Positions 35,231-35,751 of a DNA stretch of 35,751 bases are shown in pieces. The stretch is from a virus. Lineage: Duplodnaviria > Caudoviricetes. The notes below the pieces were generated by a model. The model saw nothing but the letters and a program-made list of their open reading frames with translations. It did not search any database and was not told the DNA's origin. A program made the translations under genes and the position numbers. The stretch covers positions 1-35,751 of IMG/VR virus record IMGVR_UViG_3300044638_006439; one strand, given 5' to 3'. Numbering within the stretch: the first letter of the stretch is position 1; every line of letters begins with the position of its first letter.

Positions 35231-35547
35231 TCCGAGGTCTTATCCTCATCCTGGCAGAGCATTTACCCAGTGCGCGGGCGCTGGCGACTACCGCTCCTTT
35301 CAGTCTGACGGAGGAAGAGGCGGCCAATCTGTTTGTGCCGGCAGGCAGCCCGTCTGGAGATGGGCCCGCCACGCACTACTGGGCCGCAGGACTTTTTACC
35401 CCCACGCATTGGAGCGCCATTCAAGGGCTCGCCATGCTGCTGCCGTGGGCCGATTGTCAGGCTTACGACATCGCCACCCAACCGGATTTTCCCGACACGC
35501 AACTGGCCGTTTTGGGCCTGCAACGATGGAAAGGAGACATGTCGTGA
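35227..35547 (+). CDS. Hypothetical protein (possible fibre partner)
   Basis: 106 aa, ATGA-coupled; F...LS.type G..PATHYW motif. Confidence 0.7.
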   Translation: MIRGLILILAEHLPSARALATTAPFSLTEEEAANLFVPAGSPSGDGPATHYWAAGLFTPTHWSAIQGLAMLLPWADCQAYDIATQPDFPDTQLAVLGLQRWKGDMS

Positions 35548-35552
35548 GCATT

Positions 35553-35751
35553 ATGGACGACAACCAAGAAATCATCAAACTGGGGACGGTTCATGGGTGG
35601 GTATTCAAAATTTCTCTGTGGGCAGCTCCGTTGTTCTTTGTTTGGACGGTTAACACCATCCTCGCTCACGATCGCGACATTGCCGTGATGAAAATGCAAA
35701 TCGCCATGCAGAGCGGTGGCAAGGGCAACATCTCCAACAGCATCAACATGG
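35553..35751 (+). CDS. 5' part of the junction-spanning TM + HTH protein
   Basis: MDDNQEIIKLGTVHGWVFKISLWAAPLFFVWTVNTILAH...; alternative GTG start at 35544 overlaps upstream stop. Confidence 0.8.
   Translation, partial: MDDNQEIIKLGTVHGWVFKISLWAAPLFFVWTVNTILAHDRDIAVMKMQIAMQSGGKGNISNSINM
35628..35751 (+). repeat. Direct terminal repeat, copy 2
   Basis: Identical to 1-124. Confidence 0.97.

Noticed and set aside
35628-35751. Biological terminal repeat of the virion DNA
   Set aside because: It falls mid-gene and its length is typical of an assembler overlap; physical ends cannot be inferred without reads

Overview
The window is an apparently complete, circular temperate phage genome. Bases 1-124 are repeated exactly at 35628-35751, giving a unit length of about 35,627 bp, and one gene reads through the junction. 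Modules in order: lysis (membrane protein with a C-terminal Xis/MerR-like HTH, alpha/beta hydrolase, small TM peptide, M15 peptidase endolysin); an intact attP matching the 3' end of tRNA-Ala (or tmRNA) plus a tyrosine integrase; a divergent immunity switch rich in ribbon-helix-helix (RHH) proteins, with an XRE repressor ending in a hydrophobic tail; lambdoid recombination and replication genes (Bet, YqaJ exonuclease, RusA, SSB-like, HNH-like, DUF1376-type initiator, DnaB); small early genes ending at a solitary integron attC-like site; terminases; and a podovirus (T7/BPP-1-like) virion module with portal, scaffold, capsid, tail tubes A/B and three ejection proteins. The largest ejection protein (2503 aa) carries an ADP-ribosyltransferase-like cassette. 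The most unusual points are two membrane-associated DNA-binding proteins, a spanin-less lysis cassette containing a serine hydrolase, a shared 10-bp-period operator motif linking attP, an RHH gene and two promoters, a structured leader before the initiator, and the lone attC. All family calls come from motif recognition by eye; no database search was run. The host (possibly Verrucomicrobiota) is a weak inference.
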